DNA from: the human T2T-CHM13v2.0 reference genome, Homo sapiens
Reading direction: 5' to 3' (one strand)
Length of the DNA: 64,000 nucleotides
Assembly: GCF_009914755.1 (NCBI RefSeq)
Contig: NC_060939.1
The notes beneath the pieces are model-generated. The model saw only the letters and a list, made by a program, of their open reading frames with translations, was not told the origin of the DNA and searched no databases. Positions 32,881-46,026 of this stretch are shown here, in pieces (position 1 is the first letter of the stretch; the number at the start of each line of letters is the position of its first letter). The position numbers and the translations under genes are program-made.

Positions 32881-34355
32881 ATTAGCCTCTGGACACTTCC
32901 TCTCAGCATTGTCATTCAAATATTTATAATATTTTGTTTAAGGTCTGCCTTCCTGCTTGACTCAGAGAGAGAGGTTGGGACCCTGTCTTTTTTGTTCACT
33001 ACTGGATTCTTAATGCCTAGCAAGGTGTCTGGCACATAGTATACCAACAGAGTTGTGACTTCTGGTGCCATCCAGTGGCAGCACACACATATTACAGGAG
33101 CAGACACTTTTAAATGATGTAGAGACTAAGGACCAGGATTTCAATTATTTCTGGAAGATGCAAGTGGGAGTGTGGGGAAGTGAAACAGAGTGTTAGAAAA
33201 TAAAAGATTTTCCAACATTTTGGTAGACAAGTGCTCCAGAGTGAGATTCTCTTGGGGTCATAGCACAGCTTTCCTATCAGTTCTGGCCCACCTCAGTTTC
33301 TCTCTTCTCAGGTTTGGCTGGTGAAAGAGCTACTGGAGTAGCCCGGGTTTCCAGAGTTGTCAGGACACAAAATGAGTTAAAATGACACACCAAAGAAAAT
33401 TCAAGAATCTACCCATAGCTGCTAAATCAGTTGCAAAACAAATCAATTCAGTGGTCTACCTCCACTCTGGCCTGCCCACCTCCAGGGAACAGAACACAAA
33501 TAAAGCCAGTGACTTTTTTTTTTTTTCTTCAAGTATATCACTTTTTCCAGACCCGTGTTCAAATGGCTTTTGTTAAAGCTGAAAACATTCAAGGTAAAGA
33601 ACCATGTTAAGGAGGCTTCTAAAAAATTATCCGGCCCCAAACCTTGAGATTTCCGAGAAGTGCCAGGGCCATCTCTGGCTGCCGACTGCTGTGTCAGATG
33701 AAAGATAATGACCCCGGGGCAGATGAAGGGTTTTAAAGAGTAAAGCTTAATCGAAGGTAATAGTGGAAGACAGGAAAAATTGCAGAATGGTAATGGAAAG
33801 AGTGCATTAGTGAGGTTTCTGCACTGTCACCCTTTACCCAGGGACTCTGGGCTCTTCCATGTAAGTGGCCCCTTGCTCTCTGGAATCCATTATCTCCCCA
33901 GGATGCCCATGATGTGCTTAGTGAGATGGAAACAGTGGTGCCTGACTGCTGGCTCTGGGCAAGAGAACCTAAGGGAAACAACATTTCCCAGAAAATAAGA
34001 AACAAAACACAACTGAGTTAAACAATGAAGAAAGCAAGCTTTTGATGACAAACTTTTGGCTGAGAAGTTGTGCTTTGTTTATGAGGAACTGATGAACTGG
34101 TTGAGGAAATGGTTTTGGTTTGTTTGGTGGTGAACAAAGATGTAGAAATACACCCATCTTGCAAATACCATTTCTAGGAATAAGAAAGAAAAAAAATTTG
34201 GAAGTTCACTGAAATGACAGACTTTTTGGGATCAGGGAGGACAATCTTGAATTTTTAATTAATAATAACTAACATGTATTGGGCACTTGGTAGGTGACAG
34301 ACACCAGGCTAAGTGTTTTTATGAGGCTTCTCCTTCAATTCTCATGGGTACTATG

Positions 34356-34962
34356 TGTATGGTCTTAGAAAACAATACCCCGAAATGAAGGCCTCAAAAG
34401 CAACAGTTTCTCTCTGACTTTGTCCTTCCCTCCTGTCTCTGACCTCTCATTCTCTCCCAAGGCTAACCATAGAAACTAGAATCCCTTTTCCTCAAAGTGG
34501 GTAATAGAAGCCAGAACCCTTTTCCTCCAAGCCAGCCATAACCTAAAAATATTACTTTAACTTTCCTACTGTCTTTCTGTGTAAAAACTGGCCATGAAGA
34601 AATTATCTGACCTGCCTTGTTTGACTGTAGGTCATCAGACCCCCATCCTAGAGAGGGTCCTGCCCCACACCCAGTAGGAAGAAACACTGCACAAGACACC
34701 CAGAAGAATTGAAATGGACAGTGCTGGGATTCCCCAGTCAGTAAGTGTTAGATCAGACCCTTTCTGTCCATACTTTGTTGAACATAAGCATAAAATAGAC
34801 AGTTCCCCCTGTATCTTTGGGCCTTCATGCTGAAAGTTCCGGTGTCATGTAAAACTATGATCAAATACATGTGTCTGCCTTGTCTCCTATTAATCAGCTT
34901 TTGTCAGCAATTTCCAGCGAAACATCAGAAGGTGATGGGGAAGTCTTCCCTTGGCCCCAATA
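34356..34962 (+). mobile_element. MER39-like solo LTR inserted within a MIR
   Basis: agaaaacaataccccgaaatgaaggcctca start; ttcccttggcccc end; MIR halves on both sides. Confidence 0.8.
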
Positions 34963-36184
34963 TCTGTTAGGTAGATGTTCCTATGACCACCATTTTAGAG
35001 GAGAAATGGGCTTAGGGAAGTTCTACAGCTTGCCCAAGGTCATGTAGCTGGGGGCCTGGGACCAGGACTCCTCCCCAGGCCACTGTCTCCAGGGTCCTGG
35101 TTGAGTCCCCTCTTCCTATTTTCTTCATTGCTTAGTCAGCAATATATTTGAACTATATTAAAATATATTTATTGTGCCGTGCTGGAGGCTGGGGACATAG
35201 CAGTGTATGAAGAAGGGGCCCTCTGTCCTCAGAAGTCATATACTTGGCTAGCCGAGGTTTTATGTGACTGGTTCTTCTGGCCCATGGTTGCCACTCCTTC
35301 CATCCTCCTCCCTCCCTGCAAACAATTTTTCTTGGCCCCACCTAACATCAAAACTCTGAGCTCAAAGGAGCCCAGAGAACAGCTAGAGGCCCCTAAGCCA
35401 CCCTTTCCTGTGATGAGGTTCTAAGAATTCTTCAAAGGATTTACCCAACATGATAGGGTGACAAAGTCTGCCGAGGATCTCAAACCAGATTGAGGTGTAT
35501 TTTCTTCAATGAGATGCTTTAAACTTGTTGAAACGCAGTCACTCAGTTTGCTGAAGTTTAATTATTTTTTTGCTCTGACCTAGAGAGGGAAAGTACAACA
35601 GGCAGTTCAGAGGCTCATAGGATGGCAAAGTCAGCTGGGCTCTGAATTTTCTTTCTTGCTTTGTAAATAAATATTTCCACCTACAAACACAAAAGACACT
35701 GAGAGTGGCGGGCATTTGTCGGCTAAATTGTGGAAGAGACGGCACATAAGTAATGCAGCTCAAGTAGGCCCTGAATGTGGCAAGGGTGGGAGTAACTAGG
35801 GCTTGGAGCTCTTCCTGTGTTTTAGTACGGGAGCAAGTGTACGCCGATTGGCAGCTTTCTTGGACAGAGTTCAGGACCAGGATTTGGAAGACCGGGTCAC
35901 AAGGTTTTTGCTTTGTGACTAATAATCCACAATCCTTTGCACATCATTTAACTTCTCTGCCTTGGTTTCCTTCTTCACATAAGTGGGATAATAGTGCTGT
36001 TATCCTTCCTTATGGGTTTTGCTAATTAACTAAATCAATTAAATTATTTTGATATACCCTGGCCAAAGGTTTTAGTGATAAGTAGAACAAATCATATCAA
36101 AACACTGCTTTAAAAAGCTCTGGCTGAAGGATAAAGAGCCATGTTTTACCAGGCATGGTGGGAAACCACTCAAAACCCCTGTAA

Positions 36185-36255
36185 TTGGTATCAAGATTAC
36201 TTTTGCCATTACTTTTAATGTCAAAAACCACAATGACTTTTGTACCAACATAATA
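36185..36255. mobile_element. MADE1 mariner MITE (left arm degenerate)
   Basis: ttttgccattacttttaatgtcaaaaaccacaatgacttttgtaccaacataa. Confidence 0.85.
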
Positions 36256-36329
36256 TTTTGAAGACAAAACATTTAAGCTAAAGAAGATGCAGAAAGAAAT
36301 TACTATCTGAACTTCTCTAAAAGCTGTAA

Positions 36330-36687
36330 AGCAGAACCTCTCAGAAAATACAGCTGTCAGTAGCCCTCCCTTGAGGTCTTCCCTGTGAATTCAGCTGCCA
36401 GGGAGATAGACTGCCCATTCTATTCACATCAAAAAGCCTGATAGAACCTTCTATACCTTCTCACTGAAGCCCTGACACTCCTCCCCAGTCCCCTAGCTAA
36501 GTTTGGTATATAAACCCTTTATCTCTGTCTATTGGGATGAGTTACTCCTCACTGAATCTCTCCGTTGCAGGTGTAAATAAACTCTTTTTTTTTTTTTGTC
36601 TTGCTCATCTGTCTTTTGTCAGTTCAATTTGCAGACCCCACAGGCTGAACGTGAGAGAGGAGAGGAAAAGTTTTTTCCTCCCCTACA
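36330..36687 (+). mobile_element. ERV1 LTR 3' part (MER31/MER34-like)
   Basis: TATA (gtatataaa), aataaa, and tctgtcttttgtcagtt...ttttcctcccctaca end. Confidence 0.7.
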
Positions 36688-37807
36688 ACATACAAATTCC
36701 TTTACTACCCAACTGCTGCTCACCAAGTGCCCTATACTCCACCGTACACATTCATCTAGAGCTCTTAATCAAACACATGTGTTCATACTTCTGTCTGAGC
36801 TGTTTCCTTTGCCTGAGATGCCCTAATCTTCTTTGTTTGCTCTGGAGCCAGACATTGGGTTTATACCTCCCTTTCCCCACCATGACTTGTTCCCTTGAAA
36901 GCTGAATGAACTCACTCAAGTTACTTAGCTTATCTGAGCTTCTCTTCCCTCATTTCTAAGTTGGGAATAATAATAATTCCTAGTGGCACAGCTGGAGTTC
37001 TGGGAGGGGAAGAACCGGGAGCCCACCTGTTATCCCAGACATGATGGTTGTGAAGAATGAGAGGACATTCAAGGAAGCAGTGGGAAAGCTGGTTCTGTTC
37101 AACCTCCGTTTGAAACATTAGCAGTCAGAGCGAGAGATAATAGAGCAAAAGGTCAAAAGACAGTGCCTTTTTTAATGTGGTCACTCTCCTTGATAGCAGA
37201 GCCTGCCAATGCTTCTGATGTAATTGCCACACCAGCTGATACGAGGATTTAAGGAAAGGGAGTTCACGCAGCACTTGGCCCAGGTCTTGATACACAGAGC
37301 TCAGTAAGCGTTAGTTATGACTATTTTTTTTTTTATTAACTTACTCTTTTACCAGTGTTCCCATGTGCTTTATGCATAACTTACCACGGCACTTAGTTGC
37401 TTGGGAAGTTGTGTAGCCTCTTTGCACTGCAGTGTCCTCATCTGTGAGATGGGAATGCTAGCAGCACTGCTGTCTGGGGGTATCGTGAAGATGACTTGAG
37501 ATGATGCATAAAGCCCTCTCAACAGGAAGCACCCAGAAGGCATCAGCCATTACAGTTGCTTGGTGGGAGGGAGCTGAGCAACACCATAAGCACAGCTGGG
37601 CCTAATGCATGTTAGGTAATTCCAAGTACATTTGGGAAGGACAAATATGTCAAGACCTACTCTAGTGAGGATCAGGAGAACTGCAGCTAGTGCTGTGGGG
37701 TGTCCACTGTGGGGAGGTGGGCACAGTTGTATGGGTGCCCTAAGCTGTAGGTCTTCTGTGCCTTACTTACCTCCTGGGTTTGACTGGAAGACTTTTAGAG
37801 AAAACAC

Positions 37808-38540
37808 TGAAACCACCTTTGCAAAAAATTATAACAGTAAGAAAATTAAGACAGTGAAAGAGATCTGACTTGCCTGCCTCCATCTTGCACGTAACCTCCA
37901 AGCTGTCCTTGTTCATTCCTGGGCATAGGCTGAGCTGACATTGGGAGGAACCTAGTTTATAGTTTAACTTTGAAACAAAGATGATAACAGCCCTTTGCTG
38001 AAATGAACCCTCTTCTTGCCGGGGGGACCAGAATGTCTTTGTAGGACTAACAAATTAGCCACAAGATTAGAAATTATGGTGTAGGAGTCATGCAGCTAGC
38101 TAGAGGCCACAAGATTCTAAACCTTCTCAATTGCTCCTACAGATAACATCACTATTGTAAAACCTCAGATTGGTGCTCAAGATAGTTTTCAGACCCTGCA
38201 CTTGATGGATCAGCTGGCACTACTCAGATCAACACACTGGCTCACCTGGTCTTGTGGCCCCCACCCAGGAAATGACTCAGCACAAGAGGACAGCTTTGAC
38301 TCCCTGTGATTTCATCTCAGACCCAACCAGTCAGCTCTCCCTACTACTTGGCCCCCTACCCACCAAATTATCCTTAAAAAACCCCAGCCTCTAAATTTTG
38401 GGGGTGACTGTTTTGAGTAATAATAAAACTCTGGTATCCCATTGAGCCAGCTCTGCATGAATTAGTTAACTGTTTCTCTCTTGCAGTTCCTCTGTCTTGA
38501 TAAATCAGCCTGTCTGGGCAGTGGGCAAAATGAACCCCCA
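37808..38540 (+). mobile_element. LTR8-family solo LTR (last few bases missing)
   Basis: tgaaaccacctttgcaaaa...ctccatcttg...ttagccacaagattagaaattatgg...gtaataataaaactc...gggcaaaatgaaccc. Confidence 0.88.
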
Positions 38541-40170
38541 ACAGGAGGATTTCAAATGTAAAGGTAAGGAAAACTATTACATGTCCCTGTGTTCTGGCAG
38601 CAGGTATGAGGCTGTGCCAGCCCTCCCTCTTGCTGTGAAGTTGCCTGTGGATGGGACACTGTGAGCTATTCCAAAGAAGAATAAAGATGTGATCATTGCA
38701 TTCAACTGAACCCCTTCAATGACCTGTGATTAGTCTGGGTAACATGTACTGCTCAGAAAGAAAGAGATATTGGAGATTTGTGTTTTCATCTGTCTAATTC
38801 AAAACATGCATGTGGATGAAGGGGACAAGCTCTGTCCTGGGGAGGGACAACGTACTCCTCTACCAAAGTAATTTTGTATTCTCAGTCCCCATTGGTGGCT
38901 CACACCCTCCCCACAAGTCTGACTTTGGATTTTCCCCTTTTTGGCCTACTTCCTTCTGGAGGCAACTCTGGGTGAAAGAAACCTCAAGGGGCAGGTGGTA
39001 GGAAGTCAGGCCAGGCTATTAGACTGGGGAAGGGAGAGAATATGGAGGCCAAGTCTTCCTGCTAATAGGAGATGAGGCTTTAGAAGCCACGAAAGACATA
39101 AGACTAACCAATGCTACCTGGCAATCCATTTCTATCAGCTCCAATCCTGGCTGCCTTTCAGCATTCACAGTCCAGTGCAGAGGAGGGTCTTTGAAGGTAT
39201 AGGGATCAGAAAGAATTTCCTCCTTAGGTAAGATAAACTTTAATTTCTTTCTCTCTTCTCAGTAGGATTAACCTGATCTTCAAGGGAGAAAGCCAAGAGC
39301 CAGGGCAACCTTAGGTCAGGGGCTGAGGCCTCCTAAATGCAAGGGGATGTGCCTGGGAGATGTGTTCATGCTGGTCCTAGCCCAAGGTGGGAAAGTACTG
39401 GAGCTCGGGGGGCGGTGGCGATATGGAATTGGGAGGTAGGAGGTCTGCTACTGTCAAGGCAATAAAAGAGAAAGTGTTAGCAGTTCCTATTCTAGGAGCA
39501 GCTTACTCTACAGGGAGGCAAGAGTGCATACTTTTATAGAGCTTCAAAGGAAAGAATAGTCGGAGATGCAGGCTCAGGAAGTAGGGCAGAAAATCCAAAG
39601 TCGGTGGCCTTATGGTATTGTCTAGATGAGCATGTTTTGCACTTTGAAGCTTCACAGACCCAGTGTTAGGGGAAGCCGCTTCAAGGTGAGGCTCTAAGCC
39701 TCTCCATCAGACAGCAACTTCAATACCCAGCAAAGCGTAAAAAGCAATATTTTACTCATGTGAATGTACACGTGAAACAAGAGGGGGGAAGTGTGCCTGA
39801 AAAAAATAGCAAGCATCAAGTAGATGTGTTCTAAAGTAAAGAATAGGAGACCAGTAATTGCAGACCAAAAAGCTTTTTCCTCTCCAGAGCCCGAACACTA
39901 ATGCAGGCATTGTTCCTCCTTCAGAAACCCCTCTTAATAGAGCATTGGTACTTCAGAACATTTATACCTATTAGGATATGCTCATCACAGCTCTTGACAA
40001 AGCCTCTAAATTATACCTTTTATAATTCCGTTATTCTTTTTGTGCTGCGAAGTCTTATGCTGTGTGTTAATGCAAGGCAATTAGCTTTATCAGGAAGAAA
40101 AGAAAAACTGGCTTGACTTCTTGCAAATGCTGAAATTGCCAGATCACACACTCTGTTACTATCGCCCTTG

Positions 40171-40203
40171 AGCGCCACCTTCAGGCAGTTCTTTGGTACT
40201 GTT
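40171..40203 (-). promoter_or_regulatory. Candidate CTCF site (core plus upstream motif)
   Basis: Minus strand reads AACAGTACC-AAAGAA-CTG-CCTGAAGGTGGCGCT. Confidence 0.6.
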
Positions 40204-40855
40204 GTGGAAATTTCTAGCCTTCTCAAGGTTGCTTGTGAACTGAAAGGCACAGACAGACCCCTTTCCTTAAGCTGCCTGTTGGAATATGGTGATACAGATA
40301 AGTATAAGAACCTTCCAAGAGGCAGTTTTATTTCTGGTGGCTGATTTTTCACTGATTTGATTATTTTATAATGACTAAATGTTAGAAAGAGGCCTTTCTA
40401 ACATTTAATTTGGGGGCCCTAAATGAAAAATTACTGGACTGAAAAACTGGTTTGACTCATTAGTCACTGAGGTTATTGACTAAATGAATAAATTTACTAG
40501 ATGTTTTACTGAAACCCAAGACAATCCTGATTCTTAAATTTAGCTGTTAATTTCAACCACCTTCCAAATTTCAAACCTGGCCTTCTTCTCCAATTTTATA
40601 TTTTTAAACCTGGCAATTAATTACTAGATGATGTTCTTCATTTTCATGTAGGGATTCTGATGAATAGGAAAAAAAGAAGAGAAAAAATTTCATAACCTTA
40701 ACAAACTACCTTTACTAGTTAAAAACCATCTAGAAACCCGCTGATCTGATTCAAATAACTCCACTTATCTGTTGGTCTCTCCTCACTCTTAGCTTCTATT
40801 GGCTGCCTCAGAGTTGAACTTGGCTTGACTTTCAGCTCTGCTGCTTTCTGTGTGA

Positions 40856-41520
<665 letters not shown>

Positions 41521-41544
41521 GAGTAGTTTAGGTTGGCCCATCCC

Positions 41545-41672
41545 CGTCCTGGCTGCACTTTTGAATCACTGGGGAGCTTTATAAAACTACTGAGGCCTAG
41601 ACTTACTCCAGATAAGCTGGTTTAACTAGACTGGGATGGTTCTAATGGGCAGCCAGTGCTCAGATCACTGGC
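41545..41672. mobile_element. MER5-like fragment
   Basis: tggctgcac...gaatcactggggagcttt; ttctaatgggcagccag. Confidence 0.6.
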
Positions 41673-42121
41673 ATAGTTTAATCATGATTCCCTTACATTG
41701 GCAGCAAGCAGCTCAGCCTCCCCTGAGCATGGCCCACCTGGTGCCTTTAAAAATTAGGGTTCTAATACTGGCAGGAGGTCCAGAGGGATGGTAATCCAGC
41801 AGTCAGACAAGCACATTTCTATAACCAGTCAACTGTACTTTGAGTCTTTAATCTTTTGCCTGGAAAATAGGAATTATAATATGTGACTTGCAAGGCATGC
41901 CTGCAGGGGTTGCAAGCTCAGAAAACTCAGGAATGGGTCAGGGAGAATTCCAGTCTTAGCTGTTTCTCAATCGCCAAAGCTCACAGAGATACCATTTTGT
42001 CTTTCCCTTTTTTTTTTTTTTTTTTCTCTTCTCAGGCTTCCCTCTTCCTGACTTAGGACAAGGCCTTGGGGTTGGGTGGTGGCAGGGAGAAGGTTCCGGG
42101 TGACTTCTTACTGTGCTTCTA

Positions 42122-42830
42122 AAGCAGCATTATTCACAGTAGTTGAGATATGAAAACAATGTGTCCATTGACAGATGACTGGATAAAGAAAATGTGGTGT
42201 GCGTGTGTGTGTGTGTGTGTGACACACACAATGGAATATTATTTAGCCTTAAAAAGGAAGAAATCCTGCCAGTTGTGACAACATGGATTAACCTGGAGGA
42301 CATTACGTTAAGTGAAATGTACCAGACACAGAACAACAAATATCATATGATCTCTTTTATATGAGGAATCTAAAAATAATCAAAACAGAGAGTAGACTGG
42401 CAGTTACCAAAGGGACCAGGGGGAGATGTAGGTCAAAGGGTACAAAACTGCAGTTACATAGGATGAATAAGTCTTGAAATCTAATGCACAGCACAAGGAC
42501 GATATAATATTATATTATATACAGATGCTTCTCTAACATAACCTTATTGTAAGTCAAGAAGCCTGCTGAATGTGTATCTCTTCCACATTGTCATAATGCT
42601 GAAACATCTTAAGTCAAACCATCATTAAGTCAAGGACCATCTGTACTGGAAATTCGCTTAGAGAGCAGATTTTAGGTGTTCTTACCAGACACCCTAAAAA
42701 AGGTAACTCTGTGAGATGATGATATGTTAATTGGCTTGACTCTAGTAATTATTTCACTATGTATATCAAAACATCACGTTGTGCATTATTAAATATATAC
42801 AATAAACAAACAAACACTGACATGTCCAAA
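42122..42830 (+). mobile_element. L1MA/MB-like 3' UTR
   Basis: gcagcattattcacagta...atggaatattatttagccttaaaaaggaagaaatcctg...acatggattaacctggaggacatt. Confidence 0.88.
42522..42643. mobile_element. MER47/Tigger-like MITE nested in the L1
   Basis: CAGATG...CATCTG termini flanked by TA on both sides. Confidence 0.7.
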
Positions 42831-43289
42831 TAAGTAAGTAAATATATAATAAAGTTTGATCCCCTTCATCTCCAGCTGGCTTTATATCTCACTATCCAGC
42901 AATGGGAGGAAAACCAGGCAGCTTTTGTGGGCCTCTTGTCCTGGACTCCCTAATAGTTACTCTTGGGGCTGGCACCCAGTGTCTTGGTTCCCAGAGGTTT
43001 TCATGGAGGCTCTCTGAAAATAAGATTTCTTCAAGGAGTTTCTATCACAGGCTTGCAGGGCCCTAGTTATTTTACACATCAGTGTTCTTTTTTCCTGGGT
43101 GGGGAGGGAATGACATAAAACAGCCATGTACGTCGGAGACTCGAGCCTGGCTGCCTGGTCCTGCCCTCTCCATCAGAGCTCTTGTCCCCTTGGGATTTTC
43201 CCCTAGAGTCCAGTTTTCTCTCTTTCTCTCTCCAATTTGACCTCCTCTGGGGATTCCCAGCCCATCAAACATGTATGACTGAATATGTG

Positions 43290-43720
43290 TTTCCATACTC
43301 CATTGGCTGCCCACCATGTGCCAGATACCATCTGAACCTTGAGAACACAGCAGTGAACAAGACTGGCAAGGGCCCTGCTCCCACGGAGCTCACACTTGTG
43401 TAGGGTGACAGAAGACAGTAGACAATAAGCAAACCAGACCTAAGATCATGTCAGACAATGATAAGAAAATAAGAGGGGAAAGTGGGATAGTGAACCCTTG
43501 GGGTGGGTGGGCTACCTCAGAGGGGGCATCAGGCATCAGCACCTCTGAGGGGAGACATTTGAACTGAGGCCTGAACAGTGAGAGGGGCTCAGCCACAAAG
43601 AAGCTGAAGGAGGAATGTTTCAGACAGAGGCAACAGTGGGTAAGGCCTCCAAGGTAGAAACAAACTTGGGGTGTTGGAAGAACAGTGAGAAGGCTGGTGG
43701 GCTGGAGTAGAGTAGGGTCC
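43290..43720 (-). mobile_element. L2 3' region
   Basis: acagcagtgaacaagac...ggagctcaca...gacatttgaactgaggcctgaa. Confidence 0.8.
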
Positions 43721-44701
43721 AAGTTCATTTTAAGAGCACACATGGAACTTAGGCCAATTCCAGGACATGACTGGACACTTATGTTAATGGTTCCTAAAAG
43801 ATAGTGTAACAGTTGGGAAGTTACCAGATGTTCTATACTGGGAGCCTTGTCTTCCCAGAACTCATGAGAGTCTCCCAGTGACAGCATTGCCTGCTTGCCT
43901 GAAAGGATCTCACCTTCAACTTTAAGGACAGGGACATCCAGTTTAATGTCACTCTGGTCTGATTCATTGTGATTCCATTATTTAAAAAACATGAATCTTT
44001 ATTTCCATGACATCCGTAGAAGTTTTTCCCTACATTCCAAGAGCTGTCTTCCACTCTCAATCAATAAGAGCTAACAGAACTACGTGTTCTCTGCATTCCT
44101 GGGCAGTGCATGATACTACAAACACTCTCAACCAATGAGCTCTCTCCTCAGTTGAGGATGTTCTGCAACGTGGGACTTTATTTTTGCTATTGATTTTGTG
44201 TGCTCGAAATTATTAGCCTAAGTCCCCAGTAAAGAGATTGGGTCTATGACCTGGGCTAGTCTCAATGAAAAGGAAGAGGGAATTCACCCGTTTCCCAAAA
44301 CTTGGGTGGTTGAGATGATGTAGGCAGTTTTGAGGTAGAGCAGAATTGGGGGGCGGGTGCGGGGAGTCAAGGATTCTTCCATTCCAGGTTGGGAATCTGC
44401 AATCCCTTTGATGTAATAGCATGCCAGATGTTTGAACTATGAAATTGTTTCTGGGGTTCAGACTGTAGAACCCACTGAGGCAGAAATGTGGGAACTTGGT
44501 AGGAAAACATAAAGATGACTGCATGTTGGATACTTCAAGAAGGTACAAGGTCCTTTCCACGGAAGTTTTGCTAAAAGTGGATCAGGAACAAGAGGTGAAT
44601 TATGTAACTTTGCTTCAGAAGCCACATCTACCTGTAATCAGCCATCAGAGGCTGAGGAAGGTCAGATTATCTTGTGTCTTCCTTATCATCGCCATCACTA
44701 T

Positions 44702-44749
<48 letters not shown>
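44702..44749. repeat. (CAG)16 pure trinucleotide microsatellite
   Basis: Counted 16 uninterrupted CAG units, preceded by degenerate CAT/CAC triplets. Confidence 0.98.
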
Positions 44750-44750
<1 letters not shown>

Positions 44751-45729
44751 GTTCTCTGTCACACTCTATTACTAAAGCTAAAGATTGCATGTGATTATAG
44801 ATATTTATTATTCTGGTCATTGTCATGGTGATCTTTGCGGAAAGATATTAGAGGAAAACTCCCTCCTAGTCATATCTGGAGGCCAATGTCCTTAAACAGA
44901 AAACTGGGGTCATACCCTGTAAAACCTATCAGACCAAGTAATCCAGAGCTGGGATGGGGGCAGGATCTCTTTAGAGTAAGACTTGCCTTCCAAGCCACAT
45001 AACTGTCATCTGGAGCTTGTCACTGCTGACAATTTTCCTCCTTGCTGCCAGCTTGCTCTGTATCACGCAGGGCTATCATCAGTAACTTAGCCCTAAGAGG
45101 GGTACAGGAAAGATTAAAAAAAGGAATGCTATATTTGTGGGGGAATCATTCTCTAAAAGTCTCCCTTGCCAGCAAATTTTAAGTGGTAGGAGCAGTGGTT
45201 GTCACCACAGCTGGCACTTTGGGTTTTGTGGTGTGAAGCAAAGGCTTTTTAACTGAGAGAGGACTGGTGCCCATTCCTGGTGGCAGCTCCTGCCACTGGA
45301 AGCCTGGTTGGCCAGAATGTGATGCTGTGATGGGGACTGCGTCTGGATCCCAGCTGTCAGGACCTGGCTTCCAGATCTGAATTCTAGAGCAGAGGGAGGG
45401 AAGGCAGAACACCTACCAGCACACTAATGTTTCAAGTTTGGCCTAGAGCAAAGAGCCTGAGTTGCTGTTGGCCAAACGTTGGCCTGTGTTTGTCAGACTG
45501 GGCTGAAGACTTCCTCCCTGGTCTATCCTTCACCTCTTATGCCACGGTTTTGGGAAACACTGTGCTCAGCAAGCTGAACTGCTTCTTGGGTGTGCGACTA
45601 GGGTGCCAGCCAGGCCAGGGACGTCCAGGACTGGAAGAAATGCAGGGGCAGGACCACAGCACAGGCTGATCAGGAGGCTGCCCCACCAGGAGCTCTGCTG
45701 AAGGCTGCATCCTCTCTGCTGAGAGTCAA

Positions 45730-45846
45730 CCACTGTGCTGACTCACCATCCTTGTGGTTGAGAACCCATCAGCAAATTGGTGGCTCTGATGAGCCCTGGA
45801 GCTGCAAAATATAGGCCGGGGTACCTCAGCCGGAAGGGACTTCAGT
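45730..45846 (+). promoter_or_regulatory. Candidate promoter/enhancer of the two-exon gene
   Basis: TGCTGACTCAC 45736-45746 (AP-1 within an NF-E2/NRF2 ARE consensus on the minus strand), RUNX TGTGGTT 45753-45759, ETS CCGGAAG 45830-45836, TATA-like and Inr-like elements. Confidence 0.5.
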
Positions 45847-45870
45847 TAGTGACAGGTTTTCTGTTCTGAT

Positions 45871-46002
45871 ATGGAGCTACAAGGGGCCCAAGAGGACCTG
45901 GGCATTTCCCTCTCTAGTCCCCGGAGGAACCATGAAACCAGGCCAGGAAGCAAGGCTAAGGGCAGGAGCAGCATCTGTCTCCAGGCGTCTGTTTGGATGG
46001 CT
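45871..46002 (+). CDS. C15orf53: Coding exon 1 (44 codons, MELQGAQEDL...ASVWMA) of a putative 179-aa uncharacterised protein
   Basis: ATG in strong Kozak context (gatATGG). Donor GCT|GTAAGT at 46002/46003, phase 0, joins in frame to 47401. Gene name recalled from the spliced 179-aa sequence (C15orf53, now LINC02694), not checked by search; real translation is uncertain. Confidence 0.7.
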
Positions 46003-46026
46003 GTAAGTCCCACCTTGCTCTGTTTT

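Noticed and set aside
36185-36255. Possible miR-548-type hairpin from MADE1
   Set aside because: The left arm is too degenerate for a full palindrome.
42001-42036. Strong polypyrimidine/AG acceptor
   Set aside because: No convincing donor downstream; T-runs produce such sites by chance.
43390-43887. 165-aa ORF
   Set aside because: Largely overlaps a decayed L2.
44496-44831. 111-aa ORF with a poly-Ser run; possible polyQ disease gene
   Set aside because: Non-ATG start, no recognisable protein or exon structure. The flanks do not match any CAG disease locus I recognise.
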